From: Mobula hypostoma
Lineage: Eukaryota
Direction: 5' to 3'
DNA length: 64,000 nucleotides
Assembly (NCBI RefSeq): GCF_963921235.1
Contig: NC_086097.1
Coordinates: forward strand, 152,274,001 to 152,338,000
Shown here: positions 1-12,005 of the stretch, one piece after another
How the letters are laid out: every line of letters begins with the position of its first letter
How positions within the stretch are numbered: position 1 is the stretch's first letter
Made by a program: the position numbers and the translations under genes
Notes under the pieces: generated by a model
Databases searched by the model: none
Told to the model about the DNA's origin: nothing
The model's input: only the letters and a program-made list of their open reading frames with translations

Positions 1-337
1 AACAGAAGATGTTGTGGATCAGGAAACCAAGAGGAGAGATTAGATCATAAAGGGAACAATAGAAGGATTAAGAAGAGAATGCTCCAATGAACTGAATGCA
101 CCTTCCCAAGATCAAGATGCAGAAACTAGAAGAATAAAAGGAGAAGAAAGGCATCTGGAGCTGTTAGATCCACTTCCTGTAGTCTCGGAGTCAACTACTA
201 CAACCACGGAGGAGGCCCCAGAACCCGAGATTACTTCACAGTCACAAGGCTCACCTGCCAAGCAGAGTGATCTCCCTTGTCAGGAAAGACATTATTCCAC
301 ACGACTAGGAAATTCTCCACAGCAATTACATTTTTAG
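1..337 (+). mobile_element. 3' end of a Gypsy-like LTR retrotransposon pol (integrase C-terminal tail), degenerate
   Basis: The frame ends ...PAKQSDLPCQERHYSTRLGNSPQQLHF* (TAG 335-337), resembling the RRYPxRxRxPPxRL tail of Gypsy integrases. The element resumes after the CR1 insertion with a PPT and LTR. Confidence 0.55.
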
Positions 338-376
338 GCCTGAATATGTCCATTTTAAATTTATTTTGCTGAGAAT

Positions 377-3300
377 CACCTGAACTCAAAAGGTACTAAT
401 ATCCTGGCGGGATTGTTTAATATAGCTGTTAGGGAGGGTTTAAACTAAGTTGGCAGGGGGAAGGAAACCAGGGTGTTAGGGTCGAGGAAGAGGAAAATAG
501 AAATAAGTCAAAAATACTATGCAGCAAAGATGGCAAGAAGGACAGGCCGGTGAATATACAGGATAATTTGCTGCAAAATAGGAATATAGCAAAATCGGCA
601 ACAGATACTGATCTAAATGTACTGTACTTAAATGCACGCAGCATTAGAAATAAAGTGGATGACCTTGCTGCACAGCTACAGGTTAAAAGATATGACATTG
701 TGGCCATCAGTGAGTCATGGCTAAATGATGGATGTGATTGGGAGCTGAATATCCAAGGATACACAGTGTAGAGGAAAGATAGGGAGGTAGGTAAAGGGGG
801 TGGCGTGGCCCTGATGGTAAGTAACAATATCAAATCAATAGAAAGAAGGGACATAGGATCAGAAGAGGTAGAATCCTTATGGGTCGAATTAAGAAATGGC
901 AAGAGTGAAAAGATACTAATAGCAGTTATATACAGGCCTCCAAACCACAGCCAGGATGTGGACTACAACTTGCAGCTGGACATAGAAAAAGCGTGTCAGA
1001 AGGAAAATGTCAAGATAATTATGGGGGATTTTAATATGCAAGTGGATTGGGAAAGTCAGGAAGGTTATAGATCTCAGGAGAGGGAGTTTGTAGAATGCCT
1101 ACAGGATGGCTTTTTAGAGCAGCTTGTCCAGAAGCCCACCAGTGGACCGGCTGTTTTGGATTGGGTGTTGTGTAACGAACCTGAAGCGATTAGGGAGCTG
1201 GAGGTAAAGGAACCCCTTGGAAGTAGTGATCATAATATGATTGAGTTCAGTTTCAAATTTGAAAAGGAGAAGCCGGTATCAGGTGTATCGATATTTCAGT
1301 GGAACAGGGGAAATTAGTGGTACGAGAGGGGAACTGGCCCAAATCGATTGGAAAAGTAAGCTAAATGGAGGGACGGCAGAGCAGAATTGGATGAAATTCC
1401 TACAAGAAATAAGGAAAATGCAGGAAAAATATATTCCAAGAAAAAAGAAAATCATGAATGGAAAAATGGCACAAATGTGGCTAACGAGAGAGGTTATGGC
1501 AAAAAGAAAAGGAACGGCGTACAAGGAAGCAAAAATTAGTGGGAAAAATGAGGACTGGAAGACTTTTAAAAACTTACAGAAGGAAACTAAGAAAGTCATT
1601 AGGAAAGAAAAGATGAATTATGAAAGGAAGTTGGTGATTAACATAAAAAAGGATATTAAGAGCTTTTTTTAAATATATGAAGAGTAAAAGAGTAACAAGG
1701 GTAGATATGGGACCGATTTAAAATGATGCTGGAGAAATTATAATGGATAACAAAGAGATGGCGGAGGAACTGAATGAGTATTTTGCATCAGTCTTCACAG
1801 TGGAAGACATGAGCAATATACCTGATAGCCAGAGGTATCAGGGAGTAGAATTAGGTGCAGTCAAGATTACTAGAGAGAAAGTGCTTGGGAAACTAAGTGG
1901 ACAAAGAATAGATAAGTCTCCCGGTCCGGATGAGGTGCACCCAAGGGTTCTGAAGGAGGTGGCTTTGGAGATTGTGGAAGCATCGGAAATGATCTTCCAG
2001 GAATCAATAGACTCTGGCATGGTTCCGGAGGACTGGAAGGTGGCAAATGTAGTGCCGCTATTTAAGAAAGGAAGGAGGCAGCAAAAAGAAAATTACGGAC
2101 CTATTAGTCTGACATCGGTAGTTGGAAAGATATTGGAGACAATCCTCAAGGACGAGGTTATGAAATACCTCGAGGTGCATGACAAGATAGGCTGAAGCCA
2201 GCATGGTTTCATGAAGGGAAGATCCTGCCTCACCAACCTATTGGAATTTTTTGAGGTAATCTCGAATAAGATTGACAAGGGAGAGGCTGTGGATGTTGTG
2301 TATTTGGATTTTCAAAAGGTCTACGATAAGGTGCCGCATATGATGCTGCTGAATAAGATGAGAGCCCACGGAATTATAGGAAAGATATTGAAATGGGTGG
2401 AGCATTGGCTGATAGGCAGAAAGCAAAGGGTAGGAATAAAGTGATCCTATTCTGATTGGTTGCCAGTTACTAGTGGTGTTCCGCAGGGGTTGGTGTTGGG
2501 GCCGCTTCTTTTTACGATGTATATCGATGAGTTGGATTATGGATTAAATGGTTTTGTGGCTAAGTTTGCAGATAATGCCAAGATAGATGGAGGAGCAGGA
2601 AATGTTGAAGAAACAGAAAGGTTGCAGAGAGACTTAGTCAGTTTAGGAGAATGGGCAAAGAAATGGCAAATGAGATACAACATTGACAAATGTATGGTTG
2701 TACATTTTGGAAGAAGAAATAATTGGGCAGATTATTATTTAGATGGGGAGAAAATTCAAAAATCGGAAGTGCAAAGGGACTTGGGGGTCCTCGTGCAGGA
2801 TACCCTAAAGGTTAACCACCAAGTTGGATCAGCGGTAAGGAAAGCGAATGCTATGTTGGCACTCACTTCAAGAGGAATAGTGTATAAGAGTAAGGAGGTG
2901 TTGATGAGGCTCTATGGGGCATTAGTGAGACCTCATTTGAAATACTGTGTGCAGTTTTGGGCCCCCTATCTTAGAAAGGATGTACTGATGTTGGAGAGAG
3001 TTCAGAGAAGATTTACGAGGATGATTCCTGGAATGCAGGGGCTAACATATGAGGAGCGTTTGTCAGCTCTTGGACTGTATTCATTAGAGTATAGAAGAAT
3101 GAGAGGGGATCTCATAGAAACATTTCAAATGTTGAAAGGGTTGGACAGAGTAGATGTGGAAAGGTTGTTTACCTTGGTGGGTGAGTCCAGGACAAGAGGC
3201 CATAGTCTTAGAATTAGAGAGTACCCAGTTAAGACAGAGATGAGGAGAAATTTTTTTAGCCAGAGGGTCATGGATTTGTGGAATTCGTTGCCACATATAG

Positions 3301-3493
3301 CTGCGGAGGCCTGATCATTTAGGGTGTTTAAGGAGATTGACAGGTATCTAATTAGTCAGGGTATCAAGGGATATGGAGAAAAAGCCAGAAATTGGAACTA
3401 GATGGGTGAATAGTTTAGCTCATGGGGGAGTTGCAGAGCAGACTCAATGGGCCGAATGGCCTACTTCTGCTCCTTTGTCTGGTGATCTTGTGA
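377..3493 (+). mobile_element. CR1 LINE, 5'-truncated within ORF1; ORF2 (APE+RT) disrupted by stops and frameshifts
   Basis: ORF1 esterase C-terminus HLNSKGTNILAG..REGLN*. APE motifs YLNARS, MGDFN, SDHN. RT motifs DKSPGPD, YLDFQK, GVPQG, FADN. The 3' end has gggccgaatggcctact and a (tcttgtga)-type tail. Confidence 0.95.
439..445 (+). other. Candidate -1 ribosomal frameshift heptamer U_UUA_AAC at the CR1 ORF1/ORF2 junction
   Basis: ORF1 codons GGT TTA AAC TAA(446-448). The -1 frame is open from 439 (FKLSWQGEGNQ...) to LNVLYLNARS with no ATG. Confidence 0.6.
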
Positions 3494-3576
3494 ATTTGTG
3501 TATATAGTAGCTGTATTATACAATATACTGTGTATATTGTTGAGATGCATTCTCTATTGAGTTGGGGTTTTTAGCC

Positions 3577-3818
3577 AAGCAGGGAGGACTACTGTATATT
3601 TAATATTTAAATAATATTTGAGTAATCTTGTATATGTATCGATTGATGAAGCATTCCTGTTTGTTTAAATAATTAATTATGGGTTATATGCATATTACCA
3701 CACTACCACGTGGTATGGGGGTACCTCGCTTAATGTAGTTCCAATGTTAGACCCACATTTCAGACTCCCAAATCTTCTTTTTAACTAGATTAATGTTTTG
3801 AAGTTACAAAACATAACA
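3577..3818 (+). mobile_element. Polypurine tract and degenerate 3' LTR of the Gypsy-like element
   Basis: aagcagggagga (3577-3588) is followed by an AT-rich segment of about 230 bp ending ...acataaca (3818). Confidence 0.5.
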
Positions 3819-3906
3819 GATGAGAGTATAATAGGAGATGAACCTTGCTGCTAATCATTGTTAGACAACACTTGGAGTACTGCCGCATGGTTTTCATTTC
3901 CTTATA

Positions 3907-5556
3907 CAGGTGTTCCCCGCTTTTCGAACGTTCGCTTTACAAAACCTCACTGTTACGAAAGACCCACATTAGTTACCTGTTTTCGCTAACAGAAGGTGTT
4001 TTCACTGTTATGCAAAAAGGCAGCACGCAGAAAAAGCAGCGCACGAAAAAAAGCAGTGCACGTCCAGAGCAGCAGCTCTCCCCCGGATTCAGAACAGCAT
4101 TCTCGCCGGCATTGCTTGAACATGTGCCTGTGAGCAGATGTTAGCAAGATGAGTTCTAAGGTATCGGAAAAGCCTAAAAGAACCCGTAAGGGTGTTGCAC
4201 TTAGCATAAAACTAGACGTAATTAAGCGTTTCGATCTTGGTGTACGAAGTAAGGACAAAGTGATTTTGGCTTGTGGAAGCTGACGAAGATGATGTTGAAG
4301 AGGTTTTGGCATCTCATGACCAAGAATTGATAGATGAAGAGCTGATGCAATTGGAAGGGGAAATGATAACATTGAAACCGAATGCAGTAGCGAATGGACC
4401 GAAAGTGAAGTCGTCCAGGAACTGAATGTGAAGTAACTGCGTGAGATTTTCACTGCAATGATAAAGTACGACTTTAATTTTGAAAGGGTACTTCAGTTTA
4501 GGGCATATTTGCAAGATGGTTTGAGTCCTTACAAAGAACTGTATGATAGAAAAATGCGCGAGGCTAAGCAGTCAAGCATACTGTTGTTCTCCAAACCTTC
4601 CACATCAGCCACAGCAGACGATGAACCTCAACCTTCGACATCGAGGCAGGCAGACATAGAAGATGACCTGCCTGCCCTGATCGACGATGAGATGACACCC
4701 CCATGTCCCACCAACCCAGTGGTCCCAACCTCCAGGCCACGGACAGATACTGATTCGCGGAGAATGCAGCGGTAGCCATGAGGCACCCAGCACATCTTTA
4801 AGAAAAAAGCTGAAATAAACAAGCTAATTAATTGGGTGCCGCCCGGCTTGTAAATGTTGGCCCAGATCAGAGGCGATTGCCGATTGCGTCGCCTCTGATC
4901 TGGGCGGACATTTACGTGCCGGGCAGCACCTAATGAATTAGCTTGTTTATTTCGGCTTTTTTCTTAAAGATGTGCTGGGTGCCTCCCGGCTGCCACTGTA
5001 CTCCTGCATTCTTCGCGGATCGGTAGCGGTTCGCTGCCTGGGGGGTGGGAGCCACTGCACCACCCCAACCTCCGACGACTCAGCCTAACAGACCATCATC
5101 AGTGTGCTCGATATCTTCCCGATTCCCGTAAGTGATACTACACTGTACATACATTATTTCTACTTTATATCAGCTGTGTATTTTTACGTGTTATTTGGTA
5201 TGATTTGGCAGCTTCATAGCTTAAAGGTTACTGGAGAGCGCTTGTCCCGTGTTTCTGCCGAGAGCGTTTGTGTGATATTTTCGCTATGGAGAACAGTGCA
5301 GGCAATCATTGTAGAGAAGTATTTCTAATTTATATAGGCTGTGTATTTATCATATCATTCCTGCATTTACTATATGTTACTGTTATTTTAGGTTTTATGT
5401 GTTATTTGGCATGACTTGGTAGGTTATTTTTGGGTCTGCGAACTCTCACAAATTTTCCCATATAAATAAATGGTAATTGCTTCTTCGCTTTACGACATTC
5501 TGGCTTATGAACCGTTTCATAGGAACGCTCTACCTTCGGATGGTGGGGGAAACCTG
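3907..5556 (+). mobile_element. Tc1/mariner pogo/Tigger-type DNA transposon, internally deleted non-autonomous derivative, inserted in an old CR1 fragment
   Basis: TA target duplication (3905-3906, 5557-5558). TIRs CAGGTGTTCCCC / GGGGGAAACCTG. The ATG at 4149 begins MSSKVSEKPKRTRKGVALSIKLDVIKRFD (CENP-B/psq-type HTH) and jumps to an acidic C-terminus with no DDE core. The flanks read LVRQHLEYC | VQRMFT of a CR1 RT. Confidence 0.85.
4718..5057. repeat. Long imperfect inverted repeat (hairpin) inside the Tigger derivative
   Basis: gaggcacccagcacatctttaagaaaaaagc...cccagatcagaggcga is mirrored by tcgcctctgatctggg...gctttttcttaaagatgtgctgggtgcctc. The centre is at about 4883. Confidence 0.9.
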
Positions 5557-5819
5557 TAATAAGAAATGCACACATTAAAGTTAGTTCAGAGAATGTTCAC
5601 TGGATTGATCTGAGGAATGCTGGGATTAATGCACAAGGTATACTTAAACAGGCAGATCTATTTGTTATATTTAATAAGGTGAGGGATGATCTTTTTGAAA
5701 CAAATTCTCAGGGGACCTGAGTTGATAAATGCTAGATCTGAATATTAAAATATACAGATCCAGAATGTGTTCACCCAGTTAAGTTGATAAGGAGGGTATT
5801 CCATATTCAGTTGCATTAT

Positions 5820-6110
5820 GGGCCTTGCAGTCACAGCTCCATTGATCCACATTGATTCTGACTTCTGGATATGCGAACTTTGAATACTTCGCCTGTGACT
5901 CCATGGTTTTTCCCAGGTGCTCAGCTTCTTTCCGCAATTCAAAATATGCCAGTTGATTGAATAATTGGCTAATGTAAATTATTTTTATTGTAGGTAGGAA
6001 GTGGAAGAATTTGATGTGTGAAAAAGTAGGCTACAGGCAAATAAGTAGGGGAATGTCCTTGTTTGAGAGCTAGCATTGACTCAATATCTGAATGGCTTCT
6101 TTCTATATTA
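5820..6110 (+). mobile_element. Degenerate V-SINE-like element
   Basis: cctgtgactccatggtttttcccaggtgctcagcttctttcc and taattggctaatgtaaatt resemble the V-domain of the copies at 8062 and 9158. Confidence 0.45.
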
Positions 6111-7795
6111 AAATAATTATAAAATATAAATAAATCTGTATACATTTTTTCAGTTGTTTTATTTTTTTCACAAATAATTCTCTTTGGTAAAAGCACTTGA
6201 GTAAAATAATTAATTCAGTCTAGTAGTACTGAGAAGATGATGAAACATGTGAATAGGAGTACTTCATTCAGCTCCTTGAAACTCTTCCATCATTCAGCAA
6301 CATCACGGCTCATCTCTTCCTCAACTTTGCTTATCCGCTCTTTTCTCATCCCCTGATATACTTACTTAGCGAAAGGTCTATCAATTTCAGACTTGGCAAT
6401 TTCAATTGATCAGCTTTTCCAGACATCCGAGGGTGTGGGCTCTAGCTTTTTTTTAAACACTTTCTTTGTACGAAAAGGGAACCCTGGGAATCGAGGAAGC
6501 TTCAGAAGAGGGATGAATCTCATAAATTCTATTATTCCCAGCTGTATTCCAACTTATCCTCTATAACTGGAAATGTCTTCATCTCTCAGGAACTAATTCA
6601 TCTCCCTTCTGTGAGGCTCTGGTGAATTTACATTCATTGCACGTTTTGGTAGTTTGTTCTATAGACCAATGATTGCTGTGAAAAGGATGATGTTTAAATA
6701 CCTAACTTAATTCTTTGCCCATATATTTTTATATATGTCATTTTACTCTTCTATTCACATTTATCAGTTAGACTTGACAAACAAAGAAGAATCAAATACA
6801 GTTATCTTTTTTTAAATTTTCAAACACTTATCTATAAAGTTTACCCTATTGCAATCAAGTGCCTTGCTATCTATAAATCATACTAAGAAACCATACACTT
6901 GGGTTTAAGGAAAATTTAACTTGTTTTCTCATTTTCTATTTTTGATAAAGGGCTTTCACCTGAAAAATTTCACTCTATTTCATCTTGCATGGAGGCCGCT
7001 TAATCTGTTGTCACCCTGTATACGTGTGCCAACAACTTTAGCTAAGTGCCACCCAGATATTAGGTGTGTGCACCCAGTGCAAATCTTGTCAATACTATGT
7101 GTCTGTTTGTGCTTGTGTGTAAGTTTTTGTATGTGCATACACAGTGGGCAACATTATGGTGTCTAATAGCTCCTCTAGAATAGATCCTAACAAACCCAAT
7201 TATTTGTATTTGAGTGTGGATGGACAAATAGTTTTAATTCAAGGATTTCAATTGCAAGAAAGACTGCAATTATTTTGAGAGAAGAATAATATTTCCAAGT
7301 GCAATTTTTTCCATGTGATTTGAAAAGATTGACAAGGTAATTGGTCAATAGCTTCACAGAAATGATGAGACAGAGGATGGGCAATTACAAATAATTTCTC
7401 ACTCGCAATAGACTGTTGAAAAGAATTAGAAACCCAAATATTTCTATTTGTGAAGTGTCAAAGAATGAAAATGCTTTAGAAATGATATAAGTGGCAAAGA
7501 TGAACATAATATAGGATAAGTGAAATAATGATCACTAGAGTTCAACTTTTTTACAGAATTAAAGAAATACATATATGTTTCTGACAGGGTAAATAGGGAA
7601 TAAAAAAACTTCAATGCGAATAAAAGAAACTTGAAATATGAAACTATCTGAGATGAATTCATGACCAGTGAGATTAATAGAGCTTTCCTGTCAAACAAAG
7701 AGCTCTGTTGTTCAAGTGCATAATCTTTGGTTGCAATGGATTGATTAGGGCAAGCAACCACCATTTGAAGATATGATAGTCATGAAACTCGAGAA

Positions 7796-7875
7796 CAGGG
7801 GTTCCCAACCTGGGATCCAGGGATCCCTTGCTTCATAGTTTTGGTGCATGGCATAAAAGAGGTTGGGAACTCCTG
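7796..7875. mobile_element. 80-bp hAT (Charlie-like) MITE
   Basis: TIRs CAGGGGTTCCCAACCT / AGGTTGGGAACTCCTG. 8-bp TSD ctcgagaa (7788-7795) / ctctagaa (7876-7883). Confidence 0.85.
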
Positions 7876-8061
7876 CTCTAGAAAGTGATATATCCAAAGT
7901 CAACCAATTTGTAACTTCAAGCAACCATAAACTATAAATCACAGGGTGAATCATTAAAATCTGCCTATGATAGGCATGAAAAAGAACAAAAAAAAATTGG
8001 TTCCTTCTTTAGACCACATTTGGTAAAGGTACAAATACCCTGGTTTAAAAGACAAAAAATG

Positions 8062-8278
8062 TCCAAGGTTCCCGCCACTGTCTATAAGGAGTTTGTATGT
8101 TCTTCCCATGACTGTGTGGGTTTCCTCCAACGATGTACTGGTTTGTAGGTTACCTGGTCATTGTAAATTGTCTCATGATTAGGCTAGGGTTAAATCGGGG
8201 ATTGCTGGGTGATCTAGCGCGTAGGGTCGAAAAGGACTATTCCACGCTGTATCACAATAATGAATGAATAAATAAATA
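8062..8278 (+). mobile_element. V-SINE (HE1-like), 5'-truncated
   Basis: V-domain ggagtttgtatgttcttcccatgactgtgtgggtttcctcc, a CR1-like 3' tail and an (aata)n end. Confidence 0.7.
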
Positions 8279-9157
8279 GCATATACTGGTTTTTCCAAAT
8301 GGGAATTTAGAGTCCAGGACAAGCCTAATTATGTCCCATGTAAAGCAAAATCAATGAAGACACTGTAAATCTGAAATAAATGAAAGACCAGAAAATATTG
8401 AATGTGCTTAGCCAGCATGTGTGGAGAGAGGTACACAGTCAACATCTTAGGTTAATGAGACTTCATCAGAATTAGTTATAGAAACAAGAAGGGAAATAGA
8501 AACTATTGAAGGTGAGCAATATGAAACAGAGAATCAGAAAATCTTTTAGAGGGAAAAGCAAGGTCATTGGAAGGTGGGCATCCTGGAAAAGAACTGGAAA
8601 TGAATTTAACCACCATCAAAAAGCACAAGACTGCACGTATTGGAAATATGAAATGAAAATATTAAATGCTGAATATGTCAGCAGGCCAGGCAGTGTCTGT
8701 GGAGATAAACACATTTTATGTTTCAGGTCAACGACCTTTCATCAGTTCACTGCCGTAATAAACTTTAGATTAAGAAACCTGAATCAAATACGAGTGCTGA
8801 TGGCCCAAATCGAATAATACAATAGCAAGAATTGAATATATAGAATATTTATAAAGTAACTAAAAGGTATCCCAAGTTGTACCATTTCCAGTGAATTACA
8901 CTTTTTTTGTAAATTTTTTTGTTCAGGAGAATTCTGACCACACCAAACATCACAAAATGGCTTTAAACAGAATTTGCTATTTACTCCCTCTCAACTTCTG
9001 AAACTCCAAATTTGCTGTTATTTCTCTGTTCCACCTGTCCTCAGGATAAAGGGTTATATCATCATTTAATATCATGGTTATTTTTATGATAGTTTCCTAT
9101 TCTTAATAAAAGTGTTCCTACATAATGAGCCTACCTTTCACAAACCACGTACCCTGG

Positions 9158-9440
9158 AGGCTTAGCAGTTAGTGACACATTGTTACAGCTCGGGGTATCA
9201 GAGTTCAGAGTTCAATTCCGATGTCACCTGTAAGTTATCTGTACAAGTTCCTGTGGAATGCATGGATTTTCCCTGGGTAGTCCAGTTTCCTCCCACAGTC
9301 CAAAGATGTACCAGTTAGTAGGTTAATTGGTCATTGCAAATTGCCCTGTGCTTAGGCCAAGGTTAAACTGGGGGTTGCTGGCTGGCATGGCTCAAAGGGC
9401 CAGAAGGACCTATTTTATACAGTATCTCAATAAATAAATT
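9158..9440 (+). mobile_element. V-SINE (HE1-like) with tRNA-derived head
   Basis: B-box-like gttcaattcc, V-domain tccagtttcctcccacagtccaaagatgtacc, CR1-like tail aagggccagaaggacct and aataaataaa. Confidence 0.75.
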
Positions 9441-9984
9441 AATGAATAAGATAAAGAATGTTGCTGATGAAAGTCAGTCAAGTTCAATGATATACTTGTT
9501 TTTAAGCTTGGAAGCCACTTTCTCCAACTGGCACCTTCAAGCCAGTAGTTCAGTATTCATGAAGGAAACATATATTAGATTTCCGGTGGTCTTCTGTCAT
9601 GGAAGCACCCATTCTAGATGACCCTTAGCCGGCATAGAACATAAAGATGGAAGTTCTCTCATCACTGAGAGCCTCAACTCCATGTATCAGGAGCACGGAG
9701 AAAGCTCGTGTAAATTGTGGAAGGAGCTCAGCACTTCATAAATACCCACCCAAACATCTAAAACAACCCTATTAATGGAAAATTCTGTAGTTTCCACATT
9801 GGCCTCAACAGACACCTATAATCAGAGTTCACAGGTTTAAGATAATGGTTTAACGGTTTAGAGGGGATCTGAAGAAGAATCCTCCAGTTTGATATTCCCA
9901 AAAATATTCTTCTATTAAAGGTTGTGATCTGAAAAAGAGTGACCGAATGGTTTCATTGGCCACACTATTATACTTGAGATAAGT

Positions 9985-10325
9985 ACAAGAAAACAAAAGA
10001 AATAGGAGCAGCAGTCGGCCATCTGGCCCATCGAGCTTCCTCTGACGATTGGTAAGATCATTGCTGATCTGGTCGTGAACTCAGCTCCACCTTCCTGCTT
10101 TTGCCCATAACCTTTCATTCCCCTGCTATGCAAAAATCTAACTGGATCTTAATTCTATTTAATGAAGTATCATAAATTGCTTCCCTGGGCAGAAAATTCC
10201 ACAGATTTCCTACTCTTTGATAAAAGCAGGTTCTCCTCATCTCCGTCCTAAATTTATTCTCCAAATCTGTGAGGCTATGTCACCTAATTCTGGTCTCACT
10301 TACCAGTGAAAATAAGTTTCCTGCC
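9985..10325 (-). mobile_element. CR1 3' end fragment
   Basis: Reverse complement of a CR1 ORF2 end and 3' UTR (aggagcagcagtcggccatctggcccatcgagc on the + strand). Confidence 0.75.
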
Positions 10326-10859
10326 CTAGGGTAGAGTTTTCGTCCAGCTCACAAGGTGAACCTATAAACTGGACAGTGATCATAAGGATTTCAAGTTTTT
10401 TGTTTAATGCAGAGCTAATGACAATACATTCTTTGAATGTGACACTGGTTTCTCTCAACACCCTGGCATAGTAAGATCATGAGGTCCTGAACTTTCTTCT
10501 TGCCTAGAACAATAATGCTTGGGTTAGTTGAACTGTTGTTGTATCTATGAATGTGAACAGTTTGGGTGCAGTCCCCAGGCTATGATCCACCAAATTCTTT
10601 AAGAAAACTGTCCAACCTTTAGAAACGTTGATTCTTCAGACCCAATGGATTCTGCTTAGTGATGTCCAATGGCAAACAGAAAACATTTGGGGTCAGAAGT
10701 AGAGCCTGTAGGTGTATGTTATTTTTCTACCTCCTTTACTATCTTCTTCATTGACGTAGTTATAGGTCTGCCTGGAAAGGTACACTACAGTAGCTGAAGG
10801 GAGCCATGGAAATAGGTGTCTTTAATTTTCAGTTCCAGATGTTTGAAAAAGAAGTAAAT

Positions 10860-11977
10860 TAATTTATAAAGAACAAGAACTGAAATGACAAATATTATAA
10901 AAAACACTATGTACATTTAGATTAATGCTACCTAGGACAGAAGGAGGAAGAGGAATAAATTTACACAACAGTCAGATAAAACTTCTGAGGATATATTTTC
11001 ATCAATAAAAACAGGATTCGTCACTTCATGCAAGTATATGCAATTCCGATATAAAATACACTCTGCTAAACTTAAATGAAAGCAGAACCCAGAAAAAAGA
11101 AGAAATTAGCACTATAGAAGAAAACGTCAATCGATGAAAGAGCATGACCCTCCATGGAAGACGCCCCCACGATCTGAACAGACTAGATGTGTACAAGAAA
11201 GTATTGAACAACTGATTCAGAGGTGGAGATCTCTTCCCAGAAACAGAGGGGTTCCTTGTGTCAATACAGGACCAGTAGTTGACATAAAAAATTATCAAAA
11301 ATACAGCACATAATAATAGACCAACAAGTTCAAGATGATAAATGCAGAAAGTGGAGGGAGAAACTAAAAGCAATCCAACACATTACAACTTCCTGGAGCA
11401 GTTTAACTCAATCTGATTACTTACACAGGCATAATCAAATGACAAACATCACCACCAAAATCTTACTTTAAAATCAAAACTTATAAAAGATGCCATATCT
11501 TATTATAAATACAAGCCTGAGTTTTAGAGTTAGAGCACTACAGATTATATAATGACCGATTCATTATTATAGATAGGACATTCCATAATAACCATCCAGA
11601 TATAATATTGCAGGATAAACAAACAAGAACAAGTTACTTAATAGATATAGTCATTCCAAACACACACAACATACAGATATCAATAAGTGAAAACACCAGA
11701 AGTATGCTGAACTGAAAGAGGAAATTGAAAGACTATGGAAAATGAACAGACTACACATTGTCTCAATAGTAATATCTTTAACTGGTATCATCCCAAAGAC
11801 ACAACACAATAGCATTAAACAATTAGGCCTGCAGAGCAATACTTATATAAATCTCCAGAAAACCACAGTACAAAACACCACTAGAATAGTCCAAAAGTTC
11901 CTAGCAATTGAAAAATGAGCTTAGCTATGCCCATAGCTCAGGTTTCACCAGACTGAGCTGAGTAAATTAATAATAAT
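10860..11977 (+). mobile_element. R4/Dong-type RLE non-LTR retrotransposon, 5'-truncated and degenerate
   Basis: Manual translation gives RLMLPRTEGGRGI, LHGR, LFPETEGFLVSIQDQ, DKCRK..IQHI, YLHRHNQ, NNHPDII..YLIDIVIP and KYAEL..IERLWK, i.e. a CCHC/RHN/PD-D/KY restriction-like endonuclease. It ends in taataataa. Confidence 0.8.
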
Positions 11978-12005
11978 TTGATAAAAAGCAATGTATTGAG
12001 AACAT

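Noticed and set aside
429..902. Antisense ORFs over the CR1 copies (also 17876-18316 and 19448-19852)
   Set aside because: These are shadow frames of purine-rich LINE coding strands.
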